DNA of 64,000 nucleotides from Octopus vulgaris (GCA_951406725.2 OX597818.1:49662001-49726000), one strand, 5' to 3'; positions 40,015 to 53,576 are shown, numbered from the stretch's first letter. Notes: generated by a model not told the origin, from the letters alone. Program-made: numbers and translations.

Positions 40015-40402
40015 TTTTACCTCTTTTACTTGTTTCAGTCATTTGACTGTGGCCATGCTGGAGCACCGCCTTTAGTCGAGCAAATCGACCCCGGGACTTA
40101 TTCTTTGTAAGCCCAGTACTTATTCTATCGGTCTCTTTTGCCGAACCGCTAAGTGATGGGGACATAAACACACCAGCATCGGTTGTCAAACAATGCTAGG
40201 GAGACAAACACAGACACACAAACACATACACACACATACATATATATATATATATACATATATACAACAGGCTTCTTTCACTTTCCGTCTACCAAATCCA
40301 CTCACAAGGCATTGGTCGGCCCGGGGCTATAGCAGAAGACACTTGCCCAAGATGCCACGCAGTGGGACTGAACCCGGAACCATGTGGTTGGTTAGCAAGC
40401 TA
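40015..40402 (-). mobile_element. SINE family A
   Basis: Reverse-complement copy. Confidence 0.9.
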
Positions 40403-41131
40403 CATATTTTGTTGAATATCTTATGCATTTGTGTGATGATTTTTTTTTGCTGTGTTTTTGTTGTGGTGGATGTAGTTATCGTTTAACCTTAATCAATGAA
40501 AAACAAAGAGATCTGTGATTCACCATTTAAGTATGTTAATTAATGTTTGAACATGTGGTTGAGAAGCAGACTTCTTAACCGCATTCTCACACCTGCTCCA
40601 CATGTATGTATGTATGTCTGTTTGTGTGTGTGTGTGTGTCTGTGTCTATGTATGGATGTCTGTCTGTATATGTGTATGTGTATATTTATGTGTGTGTGTG
40701 TATGTATGTATGCATGCAAGTATGCAAGTGTATGTATATTTGACTGTGTGTGTGTTTGTGTATCTCTTTGTCTCAGCGTCCCACACAAAACTTTTCACTA
40801 TTGATGGAATAACTAAATAGCGGTTTGTCTCTAAATTATATATATATATTATATATATTCCTCCCTAAGCAGATATGTTTTCATGAAAGATTGGAAATGA
40901 AGGATATCACATGCATAACAGTGATTCTCATTTACATTTATCACACGATGTCAAGGCAAGAGATGGCCAGATAACCAAAGAGATGGTTTTGTGGATTTCC
41001 ACCTCAGCATCCGAAACTCAGAGTTTTATCTTGGCTATTGAATAATTGTCACATATTATTTTACAGATAAATTTCCTCTATTTACATAATATTGAGGTCT
41101 CTTTCTTTCTTTTGTTATCTTACCGTTTTTA

Positions 41132-41183
<52 letters not shown>

Positions 41184-41464
41184 ATATATAATATATTGTG
41201 AATTGTGAAAGTTGTCATAGTTATCATCACCATCATCATTATCATCATTTTTAATATCCACTTTTCCGTGCTTGCATGAGTCAGATGGAATTTGTTGGTG
41301 ATTCTCATTTACATTTATCACATATGTCAAGGCAAGGAAACAGTAACACACACATACACATCCATACATGTGTGTGGTACTCTCTTCAGTAAGAGATTGA
41401 TATCATTTAATGCACACATTATAAACACATGAGTATAAGCATGCATTATAGCTCGTATATTTAT

Positions 41465-41848
41465 ATTCTTTTATTTGTTTCAGTCATTTGACTGTGGCCA
41501 TGCTGGAGCACTGCCTTTAGTCGAGCAAATCGACCCCAGGACTTATTCTTTGTAAGCCTAGTACTTTATTCTATCGGTCTCTCTTGCTGAACCGCTAAGT
41601 GATTGGGACATAAACACACCAGGATCGGTTGTCAAATGATGTTGGGCAGACAAACACAGACACACAGACACACAAACATATATATATATACGAAAGGCTT
41701 CTTTCAGTTTCCATCTACCAATCCACTCACAAGGCTTTGGTCAGCCTGAGGCTATAGTAGAAGACACTTGCCCAAGGTGCCATGCAGTGGGACTGAACCC
41801 AGAACCATGTGGTTGGTAAGCAAGCTACTTAACACACAGCCACTCCTG
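41465..41848 (-). mobile_element. SINE family A
   Basis: Reverse-complement copy. Confidence 0.9.
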
Positions 41849-41931
41849 TCTAATATAAATTATATATACACATATATGTTTGAAAATGGAGAGATTCAAT
41901 GGGTATAAATTAATCTATTAATTATTTAACA

Positions 41932-42029
41932 TTGCCTACAATTGTTTCACTTCACCCCCAATTTAAATTACAAAACATATAATATAAGTTTGCATTTTGA
42001 GTACCCTGGGTGGAAGGTCTTCAGGGAAA
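41932..42029 (-). ncRNA. Type-I hammerhead-like motif with long stem II
   Basis: ttcc-CTGAAGA-ccttccaccc...ggggtgaagt-GAAAC-AATT-GTA-ggcaa. Confidence 0.55.
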
Positions 42030-42509
42030 AATGGACATTACAGAATTTACATTTTGATCAGTTGAAATACTCCAACAGACTAAGCAGATGAAAGAGTGTT
42101 TTGTGTGTGTGTGTATTAAATTTTTTATTTAAATACAATAATAATAATGAATTAAAGTATATAAGAATAAAGATAAAGGATAAAAATAAAAATTAATTAT
42201 AAATAATGAAATATTATCTTAGTAATGAAAAAATAAAAATGAAATAAAAGTTACTTTGTCCATGGTCCACTTTGGTTTTATATGAGTGTATGTTCGTGTG
42301 TTTATATGTGTGCTTGGATGTTTATATACATGTATTTACTGCCTAAGTTAATTTATGTGTACATATGTGTGAATGTGTGTCGGCATAATGTTACTGAGTA
42401 CAAGGATGGACATTATTGTTTATGCATGAGAGTGTGTGTGTGTGTGTGTTTATAGATTCTTATTACTTAAGTTGTTTTATTAGTGCATAAGTGTGTATGT
42501 ATATATGTA

Positions 42510-42563
<54 letters not shown>

Positions 42564-42798
42564 ATAAGATAACAAAAGAAAGAAAGAGACCTCAATATTA
42601 TGTAAATAGAGGAAATTTATCTATACAATATGTTACATTACACATAAATGCGAAGTGGAAACACCAGGTTATCTGGCTATTTGAAAAATGACGTTTTCAA
42701 ATACTAACCGAAGGAAATATCTTGACAGGGGTATAGAATATTGGGAAACAAGGTGGAAAAAATTGCTCAAATACCAGGGGTAGAATATTATATGCTTT

Positions 42799-42879
42799 AA
42801 AGCAGCAGAAATTCAACAAAAGCTGTTACTCGGAGTTTCACACTCCGAGTAACAGCTTTTGTTGAATTTCTGCTGCTTT
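42799..42879. repeat. Perfect 38-bp inverted repeat with 5-nt loop
   Basis: aaagcagcagaaattcaacaaaagctgttactcggagt-ttcac-reverse complement. Confidence 0.95.
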
Positions 42880-42896
42880 TAAATAAAGTATATATA

Positions 42897-44705
42897 TCAT
42901 CATCATCATCATCATCATTTGTCATACATCATACATCCATTGTCCATACTAGCATGGGTTGGATGGTTTGGTCAGGGTTGGCAAACTGGAAGACTGCACC
43001 AGACTCCAGTCTGATTTGGTATGGTCTTCTATGGCTGGATGCTCTTCCTAATGCCAACCACTCTGAAAGTGTAATGGGTGCTTTTACATGCCACCAGCAT
43101 GGGTGCCATTTATGTGACACCAGTATCTGCCATGACTGCAATTTTGCTTGGCATGATGGGTCTTCTGCTCAAGCACATCATAATGCCTGAGGCCCAATGC
43201 TCAAAAGGAACTCAGCCACTTTGCCTCCATGACACCCAACAGTCGAAAGGAACTCAACCACTTTACCTCCATGAGGCTCAACGCTTGAAAGGTACTCTTT
43301 ACGTGCTAGTGGCATGGATGCCAGTTACATGAAATCAGCAGCAGCATCCATGACCAGGATTTCACTTGGCTTGACAGGTCTTCTCAAGCACAGCATATTG
43401 CCAAATGTTTTGGTCACTAGTCATTGCCCCTGTGATGCTCAAAGTTCGAAGATCATGCTTCACCACTTCATCCCATGTCTTCCTGGGTCTACCTCCAAAG
43501 TTAGAGATCAGCACTTCTTTACACAGTTGTCCTCATCTATATGCATCACATGACCAAACCAGTGCAGTTGCCTCTCTTGCACACCACATCTGATGCTTTT
43601 TGTGCCTAACCTTTCTCTCAAGATGCTTACACTCTGTCGAACATGCATGCTGACATTGCACATCCAGTAAAGCATACTGGCTTCATTTCTTTCAAGCCTA
43701 CACATGCCCTAGACTGTCACAACCCATGTTTCACTGCCATGTAGCATAGCTGTTCATTCACAGGCATCATACAATCTTCCTTTCACTCTGAGAGAGAGGC
43801 CCTTTGTTGCCAGCAGAGGTAGGAGCTCTCCAAACTTTGCCCAGTTTAATCTTATTCCCACAGCTACACTCTCAGAGTATCCACCTCCGCTACTAACTTG
43901 GTCACCTAGATAACTGAAGCTATCTACTACCTCTAGCTTACCCATCTGGCAGTTGATGGGGTCTACTTTCTGTACATTTTTGGTATTTATTGTATTTGTG
44001 CATCTGCCACACACAAAAGCTATTTTCCCTGCTAACTTTCCTCTGATATTGCTGCACCTCTTATGTGTTCCAAAGATTACATTGGGTACATCTTATGGAG
44101 TTTCTACCTATGCCTTTCCGCAGATTGAGCAGAGCCATCTACCTGAAGGGATTTGTGATTTGTCTGCCTTCCCACTTACTAAGACTTTGGCTTTTGCTAG
44201 GTTAACTCTAAGGCCCTTTGATTCTAGATCTTGCTTCCATACTTAATACTTCTCTAATTCTGGTAGTGATTCAGCAATAAGAGCAAGATCATCAGCATAG
44301 AGGAGCTCCTCTGTTATTGCCTGGAGAACTTTGATGAACAAGAGGGAGCTGAGTATCGATCCTTGGTGAACCCCTACATGTACCCTGAATTCTTTGCTAT
44401 ACTCATTGCCAACCCTCATCTTACTGGTAGCATCCTGTAAATGGCTTGTACAGTTCTCACCAACTACTCATCTATCCCTAGTTTCTGCATTGACCACCAG
44501 ATAAGGGATTGGGGGATACTGTGAAAGGCTTTCTCCAAGTCAACAAAGGCCAAGTACAGAGGTTTGTCTTTGGCTATGTATTTCTCCTGCAGCTGCCTTA
44601 CCAGAAATATAGCTTCAGTGGTGCTTCTCCCTGGCACAAAACCAGACTGCATCTCATCTCTCTCTGTAACTTTCATCACCTGATCCAATAATTTGATATA
44701 TCTGT
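42897..44705 (-). mobile_element. RTE-like LINE, 5' truncated: RT fragments, 3' UTR and (GAT)n tail
   Basis: QSGFVPGRSTTEAIFLVRQLQEKY..AFVDLEKAF, GVHQGS, ELLYADDLALIAE, LEVVDSFSYLG, HWFGHV. Confidence 0.9.
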
Positions 44706-46171
44706 AATTGTATATATATGAACTAATGGAAACAAGAAGAGGCTGAATTATTTAATAACTGACAACTCCTACCAAGTAATTGTTGGTGAATAAGACCATC
44801 ACCAGTTTCCTCAGATTCTAGATTTTACTCAACTTCTGTCATAATTATTATACAGAATACCCACATTTTTAGTTGTAAATGCTCTTGTAGTATATTTCTA
44901 GGCCAGCCCTGATCTAGAAGATCTATGGTCACATATGTTACAACCATGAGTATCTCAACTGAAGCCTTTAAGACTATATTAGATAGTGTGTTCTTTCATT
45001 TTTAAGGGTATGATTTGAGTAGGCTTAGCTATCATTTTTAGGAAATAAGCATCCACATCAGGGCTCCCTTTTTGGTATATATATATCTGATGTAATTGTC
45101 TGCTTTTCAAGAGCCTGCATTTCCACAGTCCATCATGAAGTGTTTGTAGAGCTGCCTCTGGTAATTTTGATATCATTAGTCTAGAATATCATGTACATAT
45201 TTTACAAATAGCCCGGGTGTCACTGGTCTAAGGTGTCACATGTCTACTGAGCAGAAGGTTAGAATGTCAGGCATGTAATACTTCAGAAGCATGGCTGGTG
45301 GTGCACACCCTAATTATTCTTATGTTTGGCAATCTGATATTTAGGATATTGTTATTAGCATTTTTATGCATTACATTATTGGTAAAATACCTTAACACTC
45401 TGTTTGCCTTGAAAAAGAAACTCCATATCAAATTAAGTAATTATCTCCTTATAACCATAAGTATTTTGTTGGGTCTCAAATAGAATTGTACTTTAACGGA
45501 ATGTCTCATCAACAATTGCAAAGCTGACATTCATCGACTCACTAACACAACACTTAGCAATAGAATAAATTAGAAAATAAAGTGAAATATTTCAATTTGT
45601 GTTAAGAAATTGTTAGTAACAGCAGACAACTGACTATGCCTACCCTTGGTACTTGCTTACATTTAAGTGCACTAAGCCATTGACAGTTAAGTATCTTTGC
45701 CTGTAACACACTACTATGGTAGTGAGAGGATATGAATCATCAGCAATCAACCAGATGTGTGTATTTAGCATTTTATGTAATGGGGTGAAACTTAGATTTT
45801 TATGAAGTTACAAACTTAAAAGAGAAGGGTTCCTACACTTCTTTTCAATACTCCTCCCTGATTTTTACTTGTATTAAAATGTTGAAACTTAAATTCAAAA
45901 TTTTAGACTGAAATGTCATTACTACATGACAGATAATATAATATTAAGTTTTGATATATAAAAATTTGTCTTTTGTTAAGCTTTACTTTATTTCATTAAA
46001 ACTCTCGTAATTCTAGAAGATACATGTGTATCAACCATTTAAAAAACATGAAAATCATTAACTTCATTTAAACATTTGTTATTTTGTGTGAAAATTTTCA
46101 TTTATTATTTTGTGTGAAAATTTTCATTGTACTAACAGCAATCTGGTTATTGGTGTGAAATCATTAAATGT

Positions 46172-46400
46172 TTAAGTCTTTAGCATTCAGATTACTCTGT
46201 CAAATGTAATACTTATTTATTCACATTGTTCTGAATTAATTATGCACTATTTCTTAGCTTTGAGATTTCAATGATCTGATTGTTTATTTTTAGAATGACA
46301 TTGTAGGGTAGGTGTGAGAGGCAAGACCTGGCTGGATTGAACATAAAACTGGTATAATATTTGGGGCCAGATATGGCTGGTTTAAATGCTAAAAGGTTAA
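46172..46400. mobile_element. piggyBac-type MITE (second family)
   Basis: TTAA..ctttagcatt...aatgctaaaagg-TTAA. Confidence 0.75.
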
Positions 46401-46451
46401 GTGAAGTTAACTGTCTTTGTATATTTTTGAATGGCTAATATGTATCTTCTA

Positions 46452-46761
46452 GTGGGGACACAATGGCGCAGTGGTTAAGGCAGCGGACTCGCGGTTGGAG
46501 GATCGTGGTTTCGACTCCCAGACGGGGCATTGTGTGTGTTTATTGAATGAAAACACCTAAAAGCTTCACGAGGCTCCGGCAGGGGGTGGTGGTGACCCCT
46601 GTTGTACTCTTTTGCCACAACTTTCTCTCACTCTCTCTTCCTGTTTCTTGAGTAATGCTGTGATGGACTGGTGTCCCGTTCAGCTAGGGGGAACACATGT
46701 GCCACAGAAACTGGGAAACCGGGCCCATGAGCCTGGATAGGCTTGAAAAGGGCAACATTTT
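46452..46761 (+). mobile_element. SINE family D, tail type 3, 16-bp TSD
   Basis: taatatgtatcttcta at 46436-46451 and 46762-46777. Confidence 0.9.
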
Positions 46762-47865
46762 TAATATGTATCTTCTACACTGTGATTGTTTGATCTTAGA
46801 TCAAATCACATGCCAGTCAAGTGCATTTCTGAAAGCTCATAATTCTTGATTTTGTTGAAACTTAAAGATGTAAGGCTGAATTTATTCTTGTTAGAAATAT
46901 GGTCGCAAAAGGTTTAAATTAACGTTAAGGTTCAAATAACCATGTAAGTATTAAAACAGATCTATTTTGAGGGGGTTTTCTGCTAAAAATACACTATATT
47001 AATAAAGCATTACTTTTTGAAACCGTTTGATTGTTTAAAAGATTCCAACCCACAATTATATGTTGTTGTTTTTTTGTTGTTGTTTTTTCTTTCTTTTTTT
47101 ATTTTACTCATAGCATCATCACAGACAGCTTTGTTAGTTCTTTTTCTTTTTTTCTTTTTTGAAGAACAAGCAACATATTCTTGGTGGCTAAGAAAGAAAA
47201 ATAAATGAATAAATAACTTTAAAAAACAGGCCATTCATTGAAATATAGGATGAGGTTAAACCAGAAGAATAAACCTCGAGTTAAATATATTATATGTTCA
47301 TCACATATTAAATTCACATTAAGGATTTGTAAATAAGATCTTATTTGATACTGGTTTCTTTTTAGTTTTTTTTTTTCCCTTTCTTACTCTGTGTTTTAAA
47401 ATTTAATTTTCATAAATTGAATATAGAAATATAGACACTAACAATGTACCGACAGAATGCTGAAGTAATTATGTTTTTTACGAAGTGTTGGTGGCAGTGG
47501 GGATAGTGGTGGTAGTGATGGTATTGGTTGGGGTGGTAGTAATGATATTGGTAGTTATGTGGAGGAGTGGAGATTCTCATCCTGATTTTGTTTGTATTTT
47601 TGTATAAAGAACAAATAAGTATTATATTAACAGGAGTATGTAAAACAATTAAACACTCAGCTCATTATCAAATTAAATCACAATTGCAACCTTGTCTGGG
47701 CTCTTCTTTTCTAAAAAGGAATGAAAATAATAATAATGATAAATAAGTAAAATGTGAAATATTCCTAACGGTAAAATAATGAGATTGCCTTTAATTGATG
47801 GTTATTTGATAAGGCTTCATTTAGTATTCAGTTCTACAGGTTAGAGTGAGTGTCAGAGTTCAATG

Positions 47866-48436
47866 TATTGGGTTGTCTGGAAAGTTTGTGCCGATTTATA
47901 GTAGCTTACTTTTTGACTTATTTTAGAACATGGTTGAGTCCATAAAATAGGATTTGACTACACCTCCATTTAGAGCACAGTTTAAGCTATCTTTTCATGG
48001 AAGAAGGTTTATGTTCCTATAACCTGTGTTAATTCTGTAACCCTTTAAAATGGAAGATAAGAAAGTTCATTTTCGGCACTTGATGCTTTGGGAACCAGAC
48101 AAAAATTGCTGCAGCTCGGCTGGGATGTGTTACCCCACCCTCCATATTCACCAGATATTGCTCCTTCGGATTTCCACTTCTTCAAGTCTCTACAGAATAG
48201 TCTTAATGGTAAAAATTTCAATTCCTTGGATGACGCAAAAAGATACCTTGATGAATTTTTTGCCATAAAAACCACCTCAATTCTGAGAAGAGGGTATTTT
48301 CAAGTTAAAGGAAAGATGGAGACGCATTGTGCAACAAAATGGCTCATATTTGGTTGATTAAAAATGTAATAGCAAATATTTATTGACCCTTTTCTTTCCT
48401 TTAAAAATGGGCACGAACTTTCCGGACAACCCAATA
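47866..48436 (+). mobile_element. Internally deleted mariner transposon
   Basis: TA-ttgggttgtctggaaagtttgtgcc...ggcacgaactttccggacaacccaa-TA; MEDKKVHFRHLML jumps to LGWDVLPHPPYSPDIAPSDFHFF. Confidence 0.92.
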
Positions 48437-48974
48437 TCTTTAGGATTTACATTTATTGTTGTTGTTTAGCTCCAGGACAACCCTAATTGATATATGCATT
48501 CCTGCTGTAACTATCCATTTGACTTAGGGGTATATAGGACTACGGTTTCCAATGTCGTCCTTTGATTCTTTAAGATGATAGAGTGCAATCTGAGAGAAAT
48601 TTGGTTGCTTTTTCTGACAAATAGAATGAATATACAGGAAATCCTCATTTATCATAATGTATAAATAAATGTATTAATAAATAAATAAATCATCATCACC
48701 ATCATCTTCATCACCATCATCATCATCATCATTATCATTTAACATCCATTTCCCAAGCTGGTATGAGTTGGAGTGTTCAGCAGCTGACAAACTGGAGGGA
48801 GAAACCAGCCTCCACTTGTCTGTATGTATAAATAAATAAATAAATAAATGAGAGTTATAATCAGGCTTGCTGATTGGCTGTCATCCAACACAATCAGCTT
48901 AGGGGTCCCTATTGTTTACTGGTCAAGATTTTTACCTCACAAATGTTCCAGACCTTTAATCTTTATATATATAT

Positions 48975-49007
<33 letters not shown>

Positions 49008-49019
49008 TACGTACATACA

Positions 49020-49300
49020 TCTATTATATAAAATCCATTCTGTCTGTCTGTGTGTCTTCTAGGATCTCGGGTATCCTCCATCCGATTGTGCTCAAATTTG
49101 ATATATAGATACTGATGGTATCAGGGCATGTATAAGTCTTGAGAAAATTACAAAAATCGATTCCAGGTGAGAATGTGATCGATAAAGCCGTGGGAACGTG
49201 CATTTGTACGCACAAGCAGATCAGCTGTTGCGATCGACAGTACGCATATGCGAAAAAAATGCACGTGCAGTTTGCACAAAAAAAAAGCCAGCTGGCTTGA
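49020..49300 (+). mobile_element. Helitron-like 5' fragment
   Basis: a|TCTATTATATAAAA followed by ctgtctgtctgtgtg, resembling the other Helitron 5' ends here; no 3' CTAG found. Confidence 0.5.
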
Positions 49301-49569
49301 AATAATGCCACAAAATGAAGTATATCTAAGAGACCAAAAAAGTAAGATGCAAAAGAGTTATTTTCTTCAAACTTGACATGAAGGAAGGAAAGACTATTTG
49401 GTTTCTCAAGAATGGTATATATGTAAGATTCCAATATACCATTCTGCCTAAAAAATGGATCTACAACTTCAATATCCCTACATATCTTACATTTATTTTC
49501 TTTCCTCCACCTCACTCTCTATTTTGTATCACATCTAAACTAACTATGACTTAACCATCCTCTCACACC

Positions 49570-49621
49570 GTCTCCGATGAAGAGATATAATTAATAAATA
49601 TCCTGGAAACAGCTGTAAGAC
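49570..49621 (+). ncRNA. Minimal type-I hammerhead motif (one core mutation)
   Basis: gtct-CCGATGA-a-gagatat...atatcctg-GAAAC-AGCT-GTA-agac. Confidence 0.65.
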
Positions 49622-49707
49622 CTTATATCTATAAATGTTCTAATATCTACACAGCCTTGGTTTTTTTTATCTCATTACACAAAAAATTCTTTTATATATA
49701 TATATAT

Positions 49708-49890
49708 ACCCGCGTGAGCGGAAAAGACCACCCGGAAGACCTCCACGACGGTGGAGTTGCGATTTCAGGAGGACAATTGGGATCACGTGGATGAGAAAGG
49801 CGCGATCCAGAGAGGAGTGGACAGCGTGCTGTGACCAGCGGTGTCAAATGGACTCCTGACGGACTGGTCGGTCAAGGTGATCAAGGTGAT
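49708..49890 (+). mobile_element. CpG-rich RTE-like LINE extreme 3' end inside (TA)n
   Basis: PRERKRPPGRPPRRW..WMRKARSREEW..*; tail ggtcaaggtgatcaaggtgat. Confidence 0.75.
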
Positions 49891-50359
49891 ATATATATAT
49901 ATATATATATATTTTAAAGATATATTTATTTTAAAGATGTTCAAATTTGATGGAGATTTTGCTACTATTTCTAGCAGATTGTGTGACTATGAAGACATTC
50001 CTTTGTTGACTTTTTTTCAAAGGTCAGCTATACTGATATGTATCAAACATCTGTATATCTCTCCTCTAAAATAAAATAAAAATCAATATTACAGTGGTTT
50101 ACATGTTTTATTACTATAATGGTATTTACAATATAAATGAAATTTAATCATTCGGATGAAGCCTGTATGCATTTTGTTAGTTGCATTTCTTTAGATAATA
50201 TAATCATTATTTATTTAACTTTATCTTAGCAGGGATCAGTAACAAAATATTTTAATCTTTAAGCAAGAGAAATAAATTTTACTCTAGTAAATGGTTGAAA
50301 AATTCATATAATTATCTGCATACAATCCCTTAATTATATATATATATATATTTAATTAT

Positions 50360-50930
50360 AAAAAGCTTACAAAAATCTTCAACACATATAATGCATAATA
50401 TTTTCATCAACATTAAGACCTTAAAAAAGTTTCCATCAAATATTAGGCTTATAAAATCTACCACAAAGAACAAGACCTATAAAAGTATTCATCTGATGTA
50501 AGATCTTTGAAAGTTTACATCAAGCCCCAGACCCTAAAAAAAAATATTCAATAAATATGAAACTCATACATATATGTGGCCAGTGGAGGAAGGTTTTACA
50601 GATTCATACAAGCTCCCTATTTAGATATAAATGTATAGATATTATATGTCTACACTTATGTACAAACAAAAATTAGATGGCTAATGCTGGATCCATTTTA
50701 ATGATTGAGAAAACCCTTGGTAGAAATCCTGGCAACTCCCATTCTATGAAAGTGTCCTTGAATCATAAAACCTACTAAAATGTTCAACATTAAAACCTAC
50801 AAAAATTTATTAAAACTTTTTAGGAACTCTAAGACTTGCCAAAGTTTTTTCCAAACATAAGACTTATAAACATTTTCCTTAAACATAGGACCAATGTTTT
50901 GATCAAACATAAAACCAATAAAAGTGATCA
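50360..50930. repeat. Degenerate ~28-bp tandem array (left part)
   Basis: Units like catcaaatataagacctataaaagtttt. Confidence 0.65.
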
Positions 50931-50969
50931 TCTATCTATCTATATCAATAAAACTCAAAATGTCTGTAT

Positions 50970-51028
<59 letters not shown>

Positions 51029-51712
51029 CTTTTTATGCGTTTCCACATTTTTCATCTGATTTTGATGTAATTTTTTTTATTAAATGGCAAATTTACCCAG
51101 GCAGGTCACTGCTGCATTACCGATGCCTAGAGATACCCACTTCTAGGAGAAAGATCGTTAGAACTGAAGGGACCTCTTTCCACTTTGCAAAAAAGGCAAA
51201 AGTTGTACGTGAGAAAAGTTTTTACAGGAACGTCCGATTTTTATAATTTTGATGTCAAAAGGACCGTCATGTTGCGACATTTCAGACAAATATTTTGGCA
51301 CTGCCTTGAAGCCTCTGATTCCCAAGAAAATTGCAAAAAAATTAGAAAAAAATGGATGTTTTTGCATCAGTAGAAAACTTTTTACTGGCAAGTCCAATTT
51401 CCTTGGTTTTATGGCTAAAAAAACACCATATAATGGCGGTTCTATCAAATATCTGTTCTTTGTCCAAAGGCATCCCTGTGCAACAAAAAAAACATGAAAA
51501 ACTGTGAAAAAAATTTTTATACACTTTTTCCCCTTTAAATCTTCAAAAACTTCTCACTGCTTTAGTGGATTGCATTCAAACTTTACACATTATTTACTCA
51601 TCCTAAGGATAATGTTAGGAGACTCTGATTTGCACAGAATTCAGCCATGTATGACCAACAATTGCGAAAAACAGAGTAGAAAAATGGTTTTTTGCTCTTA
51701 AACCCCTCATTT

Positions 51713-52699
51713 TTGACTGACAACTTATCGGGTGACTTCTCCAAGCAACTTCTCACCGTTGGTGATGGCACAGCTCCCTCTGATGCAGCTGGAGAGATGG
51801 CTACCTCACACGTAGGCACACCTGTGGAGACTGTGGACGACTTTACGACCACTGTTTTTCCTGATCTGCACATAAACTACCAAAACCTGAATTGACTGTG
51901 TGAAAGAGCCATATTAGCTCCCAAAAACACATTTGTTACGAAACTCAATGAAGACCTACTGCAAAGCCTTCCTGGAAACCTTCACACCTACAAGTCTGTG
52001 GACACAGTTGTGGACCAAGAAGAGGCCGACGAGCTGGCAGAAACATTATGATCTGAGTTCAAATTCCGCCGAGGTCGACGTTGCCTTTCAACCTTTCGGG
52101 GTCAATAAATAAAGTACCAGTTACACACTGGAGTTGATGTAATCGACTTAATCCTTTTGTCTGTTCTTGTTTGTCCCCTCTATGTTTAGCCCCTTGTGGG
52201 CAATAAAGAAATATGAAGAGGCCATTAATTTTTCCACAGAATTCCTCAATTCCTTGGACCCTTCTGGACAACTGCTTCATCTGCTGCACCTCAAAATTGG
52301 AGCTCCAGTCATACTGCTGAGGAACCTGGAGCCACCATGTCTGGGCAATGGAGCACGGTTAGTGGTAAAAAATATGCTGCTTCATGTTAATGAAGCAACC
52401 ATTCTTACAGGTTGTGGCATCGGAGACGTCTTTATATCCAGGATACCTCTTACTCCATCAGATAAGCAATGCCCCTGTCCCTTGTGTCAACTTCAGTTCC
52501 CTCTTCGACTTTGCTTTGCTATGTCCATCAACAAGTTTCAAGGCCAAACACTAACAACAACAGGCCTCCGTTTAGGTCAACCATGCTTCTCACATGGCCA
52601 ATTATACATCGGATGCTCAAGAGTTGGATGCAAAAAAACCTTTATGTGTTTGCCCTGAAAGCCAAAGCGAAAAATGCCATCTACCATGAGGTACTGTAG
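51713..52699 (+). pseudogene. Helitron RepHel PIF1-type helicase C-terminal fragment
   Basis: [68 protein letters not shown]; stop, frameshift and SINE insertion. Confidence 0.92.
52028..52214 (+). mobile_element. SINE family C inserted in the helicase, 9-bp TSD
   Basis: gaagaggcc at 52019-52027 and 52215-52223. Confidence 0.9.
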
Positions 52700-52789
52700 G
52701 CTGTCCAACATGCCACAGCTTTCCTGCCAAACTAGTTTATGGTGAGTACTATTACTGCCATTCTTTCAAAATTACCTGTTATTAAGTCT

Positions 52790-53143
52790 GAGCAGCCAAC
52801 TGGCTTCCATACCCGTGGAACATAAAAGGGTACCATTTGAGCTTGATCATTACCAACGTCACTTCACTAGCACCTGTGCCGGTGGCACGTATAAAAAGAT
52901 TCGAGCGAGGTCATTGCCAGTACCACCTGACTGCCCCCCCCCCCCCCCGTGCAGGTGGCATGTAAAAAACACCCACTACACTCTCGGAGTGGTTGGCGTT
53001 AGGAAGGGCATCCAGCTGTAGAAACTCTGCCAGATCAAGATTGGAGCCTGGTGCCGCCATCTGGTTGCCAGCCCTCAGTCAAAACCGTCCAACCCATGTT
53101 AGCATGGAAAACGGACGTTAAATGATGATGATGATGATGATGA
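52790..53143 (+). mobile_element. Family B retroelement nested in the Helitron
   Basis: Family B tail with (GAT)n. Confidence 0.85.
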
Positions 53144-53576
53144 CTACAGCTTCTCAATCTCCTTGCAGATGGCTTGAGTTTCGGCATCACTGGAGACACT
53201 GCTTTTAATGTAAACGAAAAGAGACGTTCATACCTGTGAACAGTTAACAATCTTTTTCAGGACTATTGTGAGAGCAATAACATGGCCCTTTTCAGGGCCA
53301 CTTTACATTCAATTGTTGCACCCCCTGTGATGTTCTTGTGGCTTCTCCAAGATTTTTCACCCTGTTGTTACTACTTTATTTATGGTCTATGGGGAAAATC
53401 ACTTCTTCCTCAATGTCAATGTTTGCAACTTAATGCAAAAAATATTCAAAGAGATGTACAATGAAAAAAATGGTAGAACCTATTAGGACTATTGCCAACT
53501 ATTTAATACCCGAGCAATGCTGGGTACTCCTGCTAGCCAAATGTAAAACTTTTAAATGTTTGCATCAAATACATGA

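Larger units (their letters stand above)
50931..53536 (+). mobile_element. Helitron deletion derivative with PIF1 helicase remnant
   Basis: a|TCTATC start; acccgagcaatgctgggt hairpin followed by ctgCTAG end. Confidence 0.85.
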
